Below are positions 1-13,141 of a DNA stretch of 64,000 bases, one piece after another. The notes below the pieces were generated by a model. That model was not told the origin of the DNA. It saw only the letters and a list, made by a program, of their open reading frames with translations, and ran no database searches. Source of the DNA: Tubiluchus corallicola (Eukaryota; Animalia; Priapulida); the NCBI GenBank assembly GCA_030141605.1, contig JAQGDQ010000179.1, forward strand, positions 124,001-188,000, written 5' to 3'. The position numbers were made by a program, and so were the translations under genes. Numbering within the stretch: the stretch's first letter is position 1; the number at the start of each line of letters is the position of its first letter.

Positions 1-1211
1 AACATAGCTTCTTGCATGAGAAAAACCGCTACTTGGCCCTTCGTCCTTCACATCATCCAACTCTCAGAGATTGCTCTCTGCTTCGCTTGGGCCATAAACC
101 TTCCTTTCAAAGAAATCCACTCTTCGCTATTTCTTAATAATTGTAGGCAACTCTGCATAACATTACATTAGGCTTTTATCTAACTTTACGCAAAGTTATA
201 AAAACAAGCTTCGCTTCTCCAAACTGAACACCTGCGACAAGCTCTTACGCTTTCTTAAATGAACACCTGTTCTACTTCTAGTAAACACAAACACCTCTGT
301 GAAGATAATTTGTTTCGCATTAAATATCGTCCTTTAACCAGCTAAGTGAGTTCCCATAATCTATCAATAAATTTATCTAATCAAATCGAGGAGGAATCCG
401 CCTTATCAACATAATCTAATAAAGTTGATAATTCCATTAATTAATTGCTAAATTAATGATTCCGAAATTTATTCATAACAATCCGGATGCCAGCTAAACA
501 AGTAATGGACAATTAACAGTAATACACAAGCGCAGACCGTTCACTGTTATCGTGTCATTAGAAGTACATCGGACACTAATCAACCAATATGTGCATACTG
601 TGATTCGTTTGACTTTTTGTACTTAGTTTTCGAGCTGAGCACAATTTTAATTCAGCGTGATCCGACTGATAAGATTGCCAACTCTGGAAATAACAGGACT
701 CTACGGCTTCATACGTAACTTTGACAAATCGTCTTGTCTAAAAGTTTTACATTTTTGCTAATTACCTTGTTTTCGTCGTACGTCAGACTGGTTATCACTA
801 AGCAATATTGAAAATGCAGTATTGCAGTGACCTACAAGAGCCCATGAACTATGCACACTGTAATTTATAGACAAGATAAAAAATTTTTAAAAAAATTCGC
901 GTATTTACCCTTTTAGCCGTATAACATACTGTTATCGATTGTTTACCCTACCCGGGCTATATTAGAAATTCGTTAAAGTGTTGTGTTGATGCACTGCAAA
1001 GTTCGTCACAGTTTGTGATAATATAAATGCGTTTTAGCTTAAGTATTTAAGTAAGTAGGCAATTTTTGTCATTATATTACAGTACATATAATGATTTATT
1101 GTGTGGTTTTACGTACTACAACAAAGGGAAATTAACACAAAAAATCAAATTAGTTGTCTAATGAACTATATACAGTGATATTGAGAATAACGCAAATTTA
1201 CCTAAATTTAT

Positions 1212-1332
1212 TGTTGATAGCGCGAACTGCAAACAGGATAGAAAGAAAACCTTGTGGTTTTTGCCAATTAATGAAATTTACTGTTGATAGCGCGAACTGC
1301 AACAGCACAGGAAGAAGACCTTGTGGTTTTAG
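1212..1332. repeat. Short direct duplication (~50 bp, period ~71 bp) upstream of the SLCO start
   Basis: tgttgatagcgcgaactgcaa...agaa(a/g)accttgtggttttt occurs at ~1212 and ~1283. Confidence 0.75.
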
Positions 1333-1454
1333 TGTTAATTGCACGCATCTACGGCTAGAGTGGAGCATTTCAGAAAAGCTATTGCATGGATGATATTCGT
1401 CATTAATGATAGTTAGTGCACTCTTTGTGACCCTCATTTTGCACGAGTTTAATT

Positions 1455-4400
1455 ATGGCTTCTAACATCATTAATGAAGACAAAATGCCCACTGCAAAGA
1501 ATGTTTCAGCAGTGGAATCCGATCCAAAAACTGATGATCTGGTAATACATAATCATTCGTTTGGATACTTTTCTTATAAACCGCTTTGTCTGCAACGCTT
1601 CTGTCGTCCCAGATGGTTTCTATTTTGGATTTCTTTGAGCGTCGGCCTGCAGAGTCTGATTGAGGGTGGACTTCTTCCTGTAATCATTTCGACACTTGAA
1701 CAACGGTTTTCTCTTAGTAGCTCAGAGTCAGGATTTATCGCTAGTTGCTACGAAATTGCAACACTCATATGTTGCTTACCAGTAAGCTACATAGGTGCAA
1801 CGAGGCATAAACCACGTATTCTCGGCTTAGGGATGGTATTAGCAGGAATTGGTGCATTTGTGTTTAGCTTACCGCACTTTGCGACAGATTATTACTCTCC
1901 TACATTTTCTAATGATTCGGAATATTTGTGTGGTAATACGAGCCTACATAATCTCTGTGCAGAGACACAGGATTCAAGCCTTGCAAGTTACAAGTATGTC
2001 TTTTACCTCGGATTTTTGCTGATTGGTGCTGGATCAGTTAGTTTGTTCACTCTTGGACTTGCTTTTCTGGACGATAATGTGCGACCAAAAGTAGTTTCTG
2101 TCTATTTAGGTGAGGAGAAATTAAAAATAACGATTATTTAGTCATTATATCAAAGTATTTCACAAATGTATTTTCGATAGCTACTATAAATAAGCGTACG
2201 TTTTTTATAAAGGATTTTTCTGAGTAATACACTGTAAGATATTTGTCTTTCGAAACTTTATAACCTAGAAAATGCGAAAACAGTACTCACTTGAACAAAG
2301 TATTTTACTTTGGTACCAGCTTTTGCTGGATATTTATTTTCAATAAGTATGTATTTAAAATATAGCCAGTAGTTTGTTTTACAGTTAAATTTAAATTTCT
2401 GTTTGTGAAGTTTGGCTTAAAGCATTTAATAAATGTAAGATATCACATCATTTCAGCAAGACCTGTGGTATACAAGTGTCCTGGTATCTGTAATCTGTAC
2501 TTGGCAAAATTGCAGCATGCCAGGTGTCAATACATATTTATCTCGTCACTCCAGGTATATTGTTAATTGGTTTAACAATTGATTTCGAAACTCTAACTAT
2601 TTTGCGCTAGAACTACAAATTAGATATTGCAATAACACCAGGCACTTTGCCTGATAACTAGGCACCTTGCGAGTTTATCACTCGCAGACTTGTGCACTTC
2701 AGGCTTTCAGAAATAAACTTTCCAATTTTTGTGGTTTATTTTGCTTTCGATGTTGCAGGAATTTTCTACATGATGGTTATTTTAGGACACGCTCTTGGAT
2801 TCGTGTTCGGCGGGTGGTTATTGTTACTTTATGTTGACGCTCCAGGAAAAGATCCAGAAGAGTAAGCAAGATTGACTTAGAAATTCATTTTTTTGAAAAT
2901 TGTTTATCTATTTCTTGCTAAAATAGTGTATGAGTTAAAAATGCTTAAAGTGATGTTTTAACTGTGATTAGCCAGCATTAGTAATACTTACAGATTACAT
3001 AAAAGTGCAATTGACGTACGGCAAATTTTTGCGGAAAGGTTATGTAGAAAAATTGTGTATGCAGCTCTTTGAATGAGTTCTTTTTTATTAACGTAGCACA
3101 CATAATGACTGACTACATCTCGCTGAATACTTTCTTTGTGATATGAAGAGCTTACGTTGAACATTTCACGTCAGTAATTTTTTCTTAGGTTTAACTTGAC
3201 ACCATCCAGCAGTGCTTGGATTGGGGCATGGTGGATAGGATTTTTCGCAGGATCGTTTCTGTGTTGGATTCTTTCACTTCCATTGTTTGGCATGCCGTTT
3301 GATTTACCAGGTAAATCCGCTCACAGTTCATTGCCTGGGTAAGTTAGTCAATGGGCTAATAGTTGGAACCCCGCACAAATTGCTACTCATCTTAATGTGG
3401 TTCTTGATGTTCTTGTGCCTGATAAAAGTCCGTTAAATTACTTGTTAAACTTTCCTGTGTTTCGATGCAATAAAGCTAAACATTGTATTTTGTACAAACA
3501 AGTTTGTGACTGGGAAACCAAACCTTGGAAATAAGAAAAGAAATCACCAGCACCCACTTATATAGCAACATGATTTATTTCAACAATCGACGATTCAATA
3601 TTAAAACAAGATAAGAAGGTGAAGAATATACTTACAGTACAGAATAATAATAGCATTTAAATTGATGAATTTTCCAACAGTTGTGAAATTGAAAATGAAA
3701 CAAATAAATAGTCACCGTAGTGCTAGAGCGTAAGAACTGCCAAGAAAAAACAAGGAACTGAGAACTAAACAGAAAAACGTAACTAAGTAACCAGTATTTT
3801 AATTCATTTTTCTAGGCTAAAAAATGACGAAAACCAATTTGACGTGATTCACCTAATCAGAGGCCCCAATTTTGTTCCACGTGCGTGGTCAAACTTTTGT
3901 TTGTCTTCAATCAGGAAAGCCCAACAGTTAATATTGACATCATCATTCACCACAGAAATCCAACACAGAAATGATACCATGAAAAATTCTATCCACCACA
4001 CCCCAATCCAAACCCTGCTAGATGTCAAGTTAAACTCACGCACGCGTCGGAGATGCTAGAATGATAACCAAGAATGACAACTTCATTCAGGCAGTCCCGA
4101 CGGTTTGAACATGACTTTATCAAGATTGCAGTCTGGTCGACTCTGCAATTTTGACGCTCGTCAGAAAGGGTTTTTAGTTTGAAAAACTATGTATAATTTT
4201 TTCGAAAATGCCGCCTATAATAGCTATTTTGACCAGTCGTTGGTATAGTATAACTAGTGGGCTAGCTCAATCAAATGTTTACTTAATTAGGCTAATTTAT
4301 TTTCCTTAACTTGTTTTGGAAGGCGCCGAAGAGGCAAGAGCAGAAAGAATCAATGAGGTGCATAAAAAAGGCGACGATGCAGAAGTCACCAGACCTGGAT

Positions 4401-7400
4401 TTGGAAAGTCGTACAAAGATGTTCCGAAGGCATTTAAAAATTTGATGTCAAATCCGACTTTCATGTTTTTAAATCTTGCTGGAGCAACCGAAGGTAAAAT
4501 GAATCGGGTACTGATTTTCAGAAAAAAATCGTTGTAGCGGAGATATCTGTACAATTATCAATGATCGATAATTATAATGGTTTCTGTTATAACTTATTTT
4601 GATTTTGACATAAAGCTTTGTTTCCAATTAAGTCCATAGTTACAGTTGATTGTTTAGTTTCTGTCGTCTATCTGGATGATAGTACTGACAGTCTTTTGTT
4701 CCCTTGGTCTGTGGTTATTAAAAAAAGAATTGTATCAATTTGCGAATTTGTTTTTTAAATAGTTTTGCAAACGTCGTTGTGTATCTATAGTGCCGTGCAG
4801 CTCGCACACTTAACTGCAAAAATGTTATCTATAGATAGCATTGCATACGCATCAGTAGGCGTACTTGGAAGTGGTTCCGCATTGCATAAGTATCACCAGG
4901 CCTACTTGGAAGTGATTTCGCATTGCATAAGTATCACAAGGTCTACTTGGAAATGGTTTCGCATTGCATAACTATTAGTAGCCCTACTCGGAAGTGGTTT
5001 CGCACATTCATAGTAATTGCCCCTCTCCCTCACCCCCTGTCTCTACACTCCACTCTCCCTCTTCCTTTTCCCTTCTCTCTCTCTCTCTCTTCTTCACTCA
5101 CTAACACACACGCTGGATTTGTCGATGGATCTCCACTCTGATTATCAATTATTTGACTTATTTTATGCCTAATACGTTGAAGGAAAAAATACGAAATTAT
5201 TTCGAAATTAATAAATTGGCATTGTGTGTTTCAGGTATGCTGATTGGTGGATTTACACTATTTTGGGCTAAATACATTGAAGTGCAGTTCATGCTGACTG
5301 CTGGTGTTGCAGCAATGATAATTGGTATGATTTTTGGTTTGCTACATTTGTCTACATAGAAACCCTGGCTACATTTTAAGTTTTTTATTCATATCATGAA
5401 ATGAAATTAATGTAATTTTGTTAATGGTAGCTTCTATGACGAGGTTGGCATACATTGGAGAAAAAACAAGTCACGATTGATCACATAGACGACGGTAAAC
5501 GTATACTGACCGTTTGAATCAGTCATTCAATCTGAGTTGCTGACATTTTGCAGTTCAATGTCTACTTACCCCTTGAATCTGAAGAAAATTTAGATAACCT
5601 TTTGCTTTGCCTGGGAAAAGTTAGTGCAATCATTGCTAGTACTTAAACCTGCTATGCACTTGTTATTGAAGATTTAAATGCCGGTTTTAGGAACAGTTTT
5701 TCTGCCTCAATCTTCATAATAAATCATCTTTGCAGCGATTATCTTCGCTGCTTAATGTAGTATGTAAAGAACTAGTCTGTGCTATGTGCCTATACCTGTA
5801 TGTACTTGAAGATATAAGTAACTCTGACTATCAACCTCTGTTTCTGTATAGCTTACTGACATCCTAGTTTTTGATTGAAAAAATGTGAATATCTCTGACA
5901 ATGCACGTCAAATACATTCAATAAATGAATTGTACTCGCTATCTGTGATTCTACCATTAACTAGTCTATGCCTAAGATGATGACGTCGTTAACTGTGTTG
6001 CTGCTTCTATGAATCCTCTTCTGGCTAGGTTACATATACTTCAAGATCCCTTGTTTTGCAGAAGCCCTGTTTGCACTAATTGTGTGGAGCACCTTTCTAA
6101 CTTGTATAAATCAGTCATAGGTTGCATACGTCAGGCTGAATTCAAAATCATGTTAAATTTTTCAGAACATTGTTAAAAAAGAGGAACTACCACGCTTTGT
6201 AGCCTGTCTCTTATATTTCTGGTATTCTATAAGGATTTATCTTAATCATAGTATTAATATCTTTAATGGTGTAAAACAAAGCGTTATCTATGCATTATTT
6301 CTTCAATATCTATGTGAATGAACTGTCTATTGTCTTAATTAGATTCAGTAGGCCTGTTAGTGTTGGAATCTTAAATAATCTTGTTTGCGCAGGTGATTTT
6401 TGGTTGTGTTTGCGGTTATTAAACGTTTACTAGAGCTTATTAAATGTTTTTGCGGGGATTTTGCCAATCAAAATGTATTTTCTAATTCTATGAAAACAAA
6501 TGTATGCACAATGTTCCTCAAAATCATGTTACCCTATATCTCCCACTGACACTTTGAATGATATCGATGTTATTCATGAATCATATCTGGAACATTTTTG
6601 ACTAAGCTTTTGAGTGATAAAAACACAATAAATCATTAGAGAAAAAGTGCACAGGCAAATTGTCTAATAAGAGAATTTAAATAAAAACAGGTCAGATAAT
6701 GGGGGAACTCATTTTCGTACGCAATTTTACTTTAATAGCCGATGATACATTCATGATAGGACTATAATGGATAAAATGCGTGTCACTTACAATAATGAGA
6801 TGTACATTTATTATAGTCTGCCTAGTTTTCAATTTTTACGCATAAAAGCTGTGTATAGTCTTGGAAATAGGCTTTTCTCTTATGATAATGCACTTTTGAG
6901 AAAAAATTATTTATTTTAAATAAAAAATGTCTTAGTGAGGCGTGATCTACTTTGAGATATTGTGATTGTATATATTATTTTTATTATTTTAAATTTTTTT
7001 AGTTTTTAGTTTGACCTAAAATAAAACAAATATATAAATATTATCAATGCGTGCCATTTTTAGGTCTTCTTGTTGTCCCCGCTGGTGGTGGAAGTAGCTT
7101 CTTGAGTGGCTGGTTAGTCAAGAGATTCAAAATGTCTTGCCAAGACACCATAAAGTTCTGTTGGGCCGTCAGTTTCTCTGCTATATTTTTTTGTTTGGCA
7201 TTTTTATTAGAATGTAAACAGGGACCTGTTGCTGGCTTCACAGATATTGATAGGTAAACGTTTTGTCAGTAGTAAAAATCGTGACCTTTGGTTAATGTAT
7301 TGATAAACAAATTATACGTATCAGCTAGCTGAAGATCATGTTTTATTTTCTTGTCTTTGTTCAGCAGCTATCTAATTACACACTCGCATTACAGAGCTCA

Positions 7401-10400
7401 CACCGATAATTACTTCAAAAATTTGAAAATACTGACAATGCCCAACGTAGTCAATACGCAAACTAACGTGTTTATGTACAAATATGTTAATTATCTTTTC
7501 CTTAATACGCATCACCGTTTTTTTCAATTATAATAGTCGTGTGTACCCGTACCAACCTCGGCAACACAACAAATTCCAAATCCCTAAGTGCAGAACCATT
7601 GTTATGAAACATTCTGTAATGTATAATGGTTCTGTAATGTCGAATAATTTAACTAGTAAAATAAAACAAGCCGGTAATATGTAAATGTAAGAAAAAAATT
7701 TACTGGAAAGGGTGTGATCTGATAAATGGTGCGAGATTTAATTTTTTTACAGTAATTATACAATTTTACCGTACTAATCAAGTTTTCATCTTTTTACATG
7801 CACTTTTTTTATTTGCACATATTTGTGTGTTTGCATTGTACTAACCATTACCATGCATTCATTGCTTTTAACCGTAATTTTGTTCTCTATACATTGTCGA
7901 TATTTTTTGCGATGTTTTTAATGGACATACAAGTCTCTTGACTTCTGTTCATAGATGTAATATAATTGTTAATTTTTTGGCTTTGTATTTGGCCATGTTT
8001 TTGACAAAATTTAACTCATTGTTGTAATGAATTACGATTGGTAAACTCATGAATAGGAACTAGTATAATATTAATGGACGCGAAGTATTTTTCTTTATTA
8101 ATTTGTTACATGCATGTCTCCTTCCTGTAACCAAAAATTGCGTAAACGGAACCGTCAAAACGCAGCCATGCAAGGAAGGCCATGTTTAAATTCTCACTAC
8201 ATACATCAAATAATTATTGCATTTTCAGTAATACTGAAATGAACTTGACCAGACCTTGTAATATGGACTGTATGTGTACCGAGGCTAATTACAATCCAGT
8301 TTGTGGCAATGATGCTGTCAACTATTATTCTCCTTGCCATGCAGGATGCAAAGTTCGGTTCTTGGATGATGAGAGTGACTTAAAGGTAACAGATAAAAGT
8401 ATGTGGTGTGTAGTCTAGAGGTATGAAATGGAACGAGAGATAAGATAAGATACGAGGTAAGGCTATAAGTGGTAAAGATAGTCTTACGGCGCTTTTAGAC
8501 TAGAGAATTTTCTCTCGTAAGTTCTTTCGCAATTTCTCTCGCAAATTATTGCAGACGAGTATTATTCATTGCGAGAACTCTTAGGGAGAACTTGCGAGAG
8601 AAGACTCTCTTGTCTGAATGCTCCGTTACTGCTATGGGTGAGCTACATGTGAGATAAAGCTAGTGCTAGTGGCTATGAAGTGCTGATATAGACGTTCGAT
8701 ACAGGCGGAAGGTATGAACTAGAAGTATGAGGTATGACATTATGAGCTGGTAGTTGGGGATTGAAGCATGAGATAGAAAGGTGAGACATAAGAAAAGGGA
8801 CAGGCAGTTGAGCTAAAAGTATAGAAATGACTACATTGAACATGTATGTACAAGCTGGAGGACTAAGCTAGAGAAAATCCTCGGGTGTCTGCGTGCAGTT
8901 TGCCATATACTTTAAAGTTCACTCTAAAATTCACTACGTACAGGTGTAGATTATCGACTTGTAGATTATATTGAATATAATTCAGTTTTTTCTTCAATTA
9001 ATGCTGTAATTTATGTTCGTATAGATGTACGGTCATTGTGCATGTATTGAAGCCAATACAACGTATATTAGTGGATTTCCAGCCGATGCAGTGGATAATT
9101 TCTGTGCTACGCATTGCGAATGGAAACTGGTTGTGTTTCTGGCTCTTTTATTTATTGTATTCGCACAAACGTTTGGATGCATAATGCCCGCGTTGTCTGC
9201 TACTATAAGGTAGCGTACTGCAGCTTTTATAGTACTTCAGACGTTATAACACTTTCGCTGAAAAATATAGACACGTAATAGTGTGAGTGCGTGACGAGAT
9301 TAGAGATTGTCATTTTCACATCACGGTCACCACGAGTTTTAACTATAATAGCTTGAAAGTAATCACACAGCAACTGCATCTCTTGTCACCAATTTCATGA
9401 AGCCGATTTGTGCAGTTTCCGAGTTTTCAATTTTTGCGCTAAACGAAATACTGTGAATATTGTCCTTAGAAAAATCCATCTACAGGAAAGAAATTATATA
9501 AAGCAACCAAGAGAAAAGATGGGTGCCATTTAGAGTAATTTTTAGACCTAAGAATATAGCATTCCCAACGTTGCTCAATAATTTTAAGCGTCACAAATAA
9601 ACAGTTACTTTGGTGTTCACTATTACAGAAATGGCATTTAATTTCTCAAGAGTCTCCAAGACAAAATACCGTAGAGCAATTATCAAACAAATTCTTCTAG
9701 CAACTTAGTGTAACACGATGAACACCAACTCAAAACTAGTCAGTATGATTTTAGAGAAACCTTTTATTAAATATGTAATAACGTGGGCAAGATGAGTATA
9801 AAGTGTACTTACAAACAGACTAGAATTCACTAATGAAGTGCGCTCGTCGACGCCAGGAACCGTACTGATGTTTCGGCTTACGGTGCGGTACGAGGCTGAT
9901 TATCACAATGTGAATAAACGCCATTGTTATGAGAATCTAATGATCGTTACGAAAAAACGCAATGGTGTCCTTTTCATTAACTAAAGCTACGTTTTACTTG
10001 AATGATATCCCTATGTGTTCACTTTGTTCTCTGACTCTGAAACTGGTTCCAGCCAGCAATTTTAATACGTGTCCATTACCCAGAAGTTACCAAACCATTT
10101 GCTGACCACACTTGTTGCTTAACTTCGTTCATAAAGGAAAGGTTCCAAAGGGCTGCGACTTTTTTGCGACAATCGAAAACTTTGAGTCCAACTCTCGCCA
10201 AAATATTTTCGCGACTGTCTTTGTCGCAAATCATTCCTCCGAAGTTCGTGCGACGTTCGCGCGAACTTCGCCAATTTTTTGCGAATTTGTGGTGCGAAGT
10301 TGTCGCGGATTCTGAAATTGTTAGCGAACGTCCAGCCCAGAAATTTCCCAAATCATTTTTTTGCAAATAGTGGGCAGATTAACCCTCAAAATCAGCTACT

Positions 10401-11799
10401 AGTCATACCTACACCAACAATTGAACTTTGAAGTCATTCCTGCTGGTACGTGCAAATTTTATATTCTTTTATATACGCGCTCTATAATTTCATATAAAAA
10501 AACTTATAGAAAGAAATCTCGATAAGAACATTATACTAGATAAGATTTACGACAGTATTTTACGCCCACTATAATACCGTAAATTTTGTTTCTTTAACTT
10601 TTTAGAGCCGTTGCACCAAAGCAAAGGTCTTTCGCACTCGGAAACCAGTCCATATATATCAGATTGTTAGGTAAATGCATTATAACATGCTTTAGGTTTT
10701 AGTTTTGGGGGAAACTAGTACGAATTAAAAAAAAGATCATCTTATTCTACAAGTTTACAGAATTTCCATGGAACATTTCGAGTACCCATGCACTCATCAT
10801 CAGCCAAGTAAAATAAACCAAATAAGTCTGATACACATTCTATGTGTCCTTTTTAGTTTGTTTTAGTTGATTGGTGATGAGTGCATGGATACTCGAAACG
10901 TTTCACGAAAGTTTTGGAAATTTGATGAATAAAGTTGATTTTCACAATTATTACCGCTGACTTTAATGCTTTAATCTTGCCTAATTATTTTCTATTTCTT
11001 ATCTGACAACCTTACCGCTTGTGCAGGTTGTCAAGATCGAAACGGGCGTTTGGTAACGAAATCACGTTGACGAAGTAACGTTTTGTTACCTCGTTTCCTA
11101 GGCAATGTTTAAGACGCTAAAATACGCCTATAACATGCACAAAAGGAATGATTTTAAAATGGGAAGAACAATAAATTGCGTGAACTTGTTTTCCGGTTTT
11201 GTTATTGCCAAAATTTTCTTAATTTTTAGTTCTTATCATTTTATAGTTTATAGTATAGCGCCAATCCAAATATTAACAGCAGTAATATCAGTATCAATAA
11301 CAACAATATCAATAGCAAAGTTTATAACAGTGAAAATTTTAAAGGAACATTGCAAAGGCGCCTAAACAACATATAAACACAAAATTTAACCGCTAGTACA
11401 ATACAGGTGTTTAAATAAAATTCTGATTTAACCTTCTGTTTTTCAGGATCAGTACCAGCTCCATTACTGTTTGGAAAGTTTATTGATTTGTCCTGCCAAC
11501 AATGGTCACATTCTTGCACTGAGAACTCTAAAGGATCCTGTCATTTTTACAACAACCACAAGATGGCGATAAGCATGTTGGCGCTTGGCGTTTCATTGAA
11601 AACTTTGTCTGCAATCTTCTTCTTCTTCGCTTGGTGGCTCTATAAGCCGCCGGTTGATCATAGTAAATCAGAAGACATGCCAGAAAGCGATTCAACTCAA
11701 AACAATGATAATAAAAATATCAATTCTGTAAGTGTAGGTGCTTCAGAATATATGGCAGATTCAGGTGCAGTTTCAGCAGACTACGTTACAAGACTTTGA
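1455..11799 (+). CDS. Organic anion transporting polypeptide (OATP/SLCO family, most like OATP4A1/4C1), 10 coding exons, ~696 aa
   Basis: Exons read with GT-AG boundaries and consistent phases: 1455-2109, 2759-2861, 3189-3310, 4323-4493, 5235-5324, 7064-7253, 8229-8385, 9025-9209, 10606-10670, 11447-11799 (2091 nt, in frame). OATP motifs: STLEQRFSLSSSESGFIASCYEI, RHKPRILG, SLPHF, FLDDNV, signature-like WIGAWWIGF, Kazal-like loop (CNMDCMCTEANYNPVCGNDAVNYYSPCHAGC), KQRSFALG, GSVPAPLLFG..IDLSC. The C-terminus DYVTRL fits a class I PDZ-binding motif. Confidence 0.93.
3957..4035 (-). pseudogene. Inverted, degenerate copy of SLCO exon 3 inside intron 3
   Basis: The reverse complement translates EFNLTSSRVWIGVWWIEFFMVSFLCWI versus exon 3 EFNLTPSSSAWIGAWWIGFFAGSFLCWI; the nucleotide match is visible over ~80 bp. 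Confidence 0.85.
4855..5005. repeat. ~41-bp tandem repeat, about 4 copies
   Basis: Unit similar to tacttggaagtggtttcgcattgcataagtatcaccaggcc repeated with variants. Confidence 0.75.
7370..7720 (+). mobile_element. 3' fragment of a CR1/L2-group LINE ORF2 (degenerate)
   Basis: Frameshifted peptides ITHSHYRAHTDNYFKNLKILT...FMYKYVN and YPYQPRQHNKFQIPKCRT..KHSVMYNG resemble the C-terminal tail of CR1/L2-type reverse transcriptases (recognised by eye). Confidence 0.6.
8487..8625. mobile_element. Palindromic MITE with TTA target-site duplication (PIF/Harbinger-Tourist-like)
   Basis: Left arm cggcgcttttagactagagaattttctctcgtaagttct is an imperfect reverse complement of right arm agaacttgcgagagaagactctcttgtctgaatgctccg; TTA flanks both sides. 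Confidence 0.7.
10741..10934. repeat. Long inverted repeat (~80-bp arms), each arm with a degenerate hammerhead-like core; Penelope-like terminus remnant
   Basis: tttcgagtacccatgcactcatcatcagccaagtaaaataaac versus gtttgttttagttgattggtgatgagtgcatggatactcgaaa; (G)TGATGA-g...ctc-GAAA core followed by AATAAA on the right arm. Confidence 0.6.
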
Positions 11800-12015
11800 G
11801 TGCTCGTGCAGTCTTTTCGAGTGCAGCTTCTACTATATCAGAGATCTTGTAACAACAGAACGTTTAGGTTAATTTAGGTCCTCTCCTAAGCAAAGTAGTT
11901 ATATTCCCTTAAAACTGTTTTCTAACTCTTGTGTATACTTGTATAACTAAGGTTCATTCGCCCTCACTTCGCCTACATAGCAACTAAAATGAATTATAAT
12001 GTTATAACGTTCAAT

Positions 12016-12021
12016 AATAAA
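12016..12021 (+). terminator. Candidate polyadenylation signal of the SLCO gene
   Basis: AATAAA ~220 nt after the stop at 11799; AT-rich context makes this weak. Confidence 0.3.
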
Positions 12022-13141
12022 GTTGCATTTGACAATTGAAATGCCATATAAAATATTAAATAAACGGCACTAGAAAAGCAAAATTATATTGTCAGTTTTT
12101 TACACAAATGTTTGTAGTTTTATTAAACATTCGTTGTTATTTTACATTTTATTTTAATTCGTTACAGTTATATTTTACTAATACCCAACTAATCAATTAA
12201 AAGCAATGTAACGAAGAGAGGATGGTGCTGATAAACTGATTGTCGCATAGTTGAGAAGAAAACGTAAAACAGTAGTAATACAGTAAAATTACTGAGTTAA
12301 GTAACACGTCAGACGTGTACCCCATCGTGCTCCATGCCGGTTGTCATTGCGGAACAGGTGCTGAGATGGAAGACGCACCTGCCCGTCAGCCCACTGAACC
12401 GACGAGGCCATTCCATACCAGCTACTTATAGCTGCTATGCAACGGTGACATGTAATGGCTTCGTAATGGATGAAACCATCACAATGTAGAGTGGGGGTCG
12501 AAAATCAAGGGCATTTCGCCTTCGTAACACTGCCCTCCTCTACAGAAAATGGTTCGTCCTCGAACCAGAATGAAGCACGCAGGAGAAGAAATATGTTTTA
12601 TTGAAAAAATTTACAGGTTTTACAGGAGTACAAAATGTCTGTTCTACAATGCCCAAAAAGTTTTTGCCATTTTAAGAGCATAACGCTTACGAAAAATGAA
12701 AAGAATGAATCCGGCCCGGACAGAGCCAGCTCTCCGAGCCTTAACTGCAGTCATTTCTTAATTCTTTTGTGCAAAAGTGCAAAAAATTCTTTTCATCTGT
12801 TTTTATCTGTAATCAAATCTTACACTAGTCATTACTTAGGAAATAGTTTTATTTATATCCACAGTATAACTGCAGACAAGCAAACAAGTCACAACTGTGT
12901 AACATACGGTGTCAGATAAATGCGAAACAATTTGAAACTACATTTTGAGACACGACATTAATCAGAATAGGACGTTAGTGGCAGTGATTGATAGAGTTAG
13001 TATCAGCAAGTGCGAAAGAACTATGTGTATACTAGATAAAGCTCACGAATTATATTCTTACGAGTCAAAATTTTTGTATTCTTGCGTTTCTTTCTTTTGA
13101 AAATTTAGAAATAATTATTTCACTTTAAATTTTTGTCAGCA

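Noticed and set aside
1-480. Possible LTR end
   Set aside because: It ends in ...ACA and is compositionally distinct, but no second LTR, PBS/PPT or coding remnant is visible in the window.
4120-4170. Possible hammerhead on the minus strand (CTGACGA plus a long hairpin)
   Set aside because: There is no GAAA after the stem and no stem I/III; it is only a hairpin.
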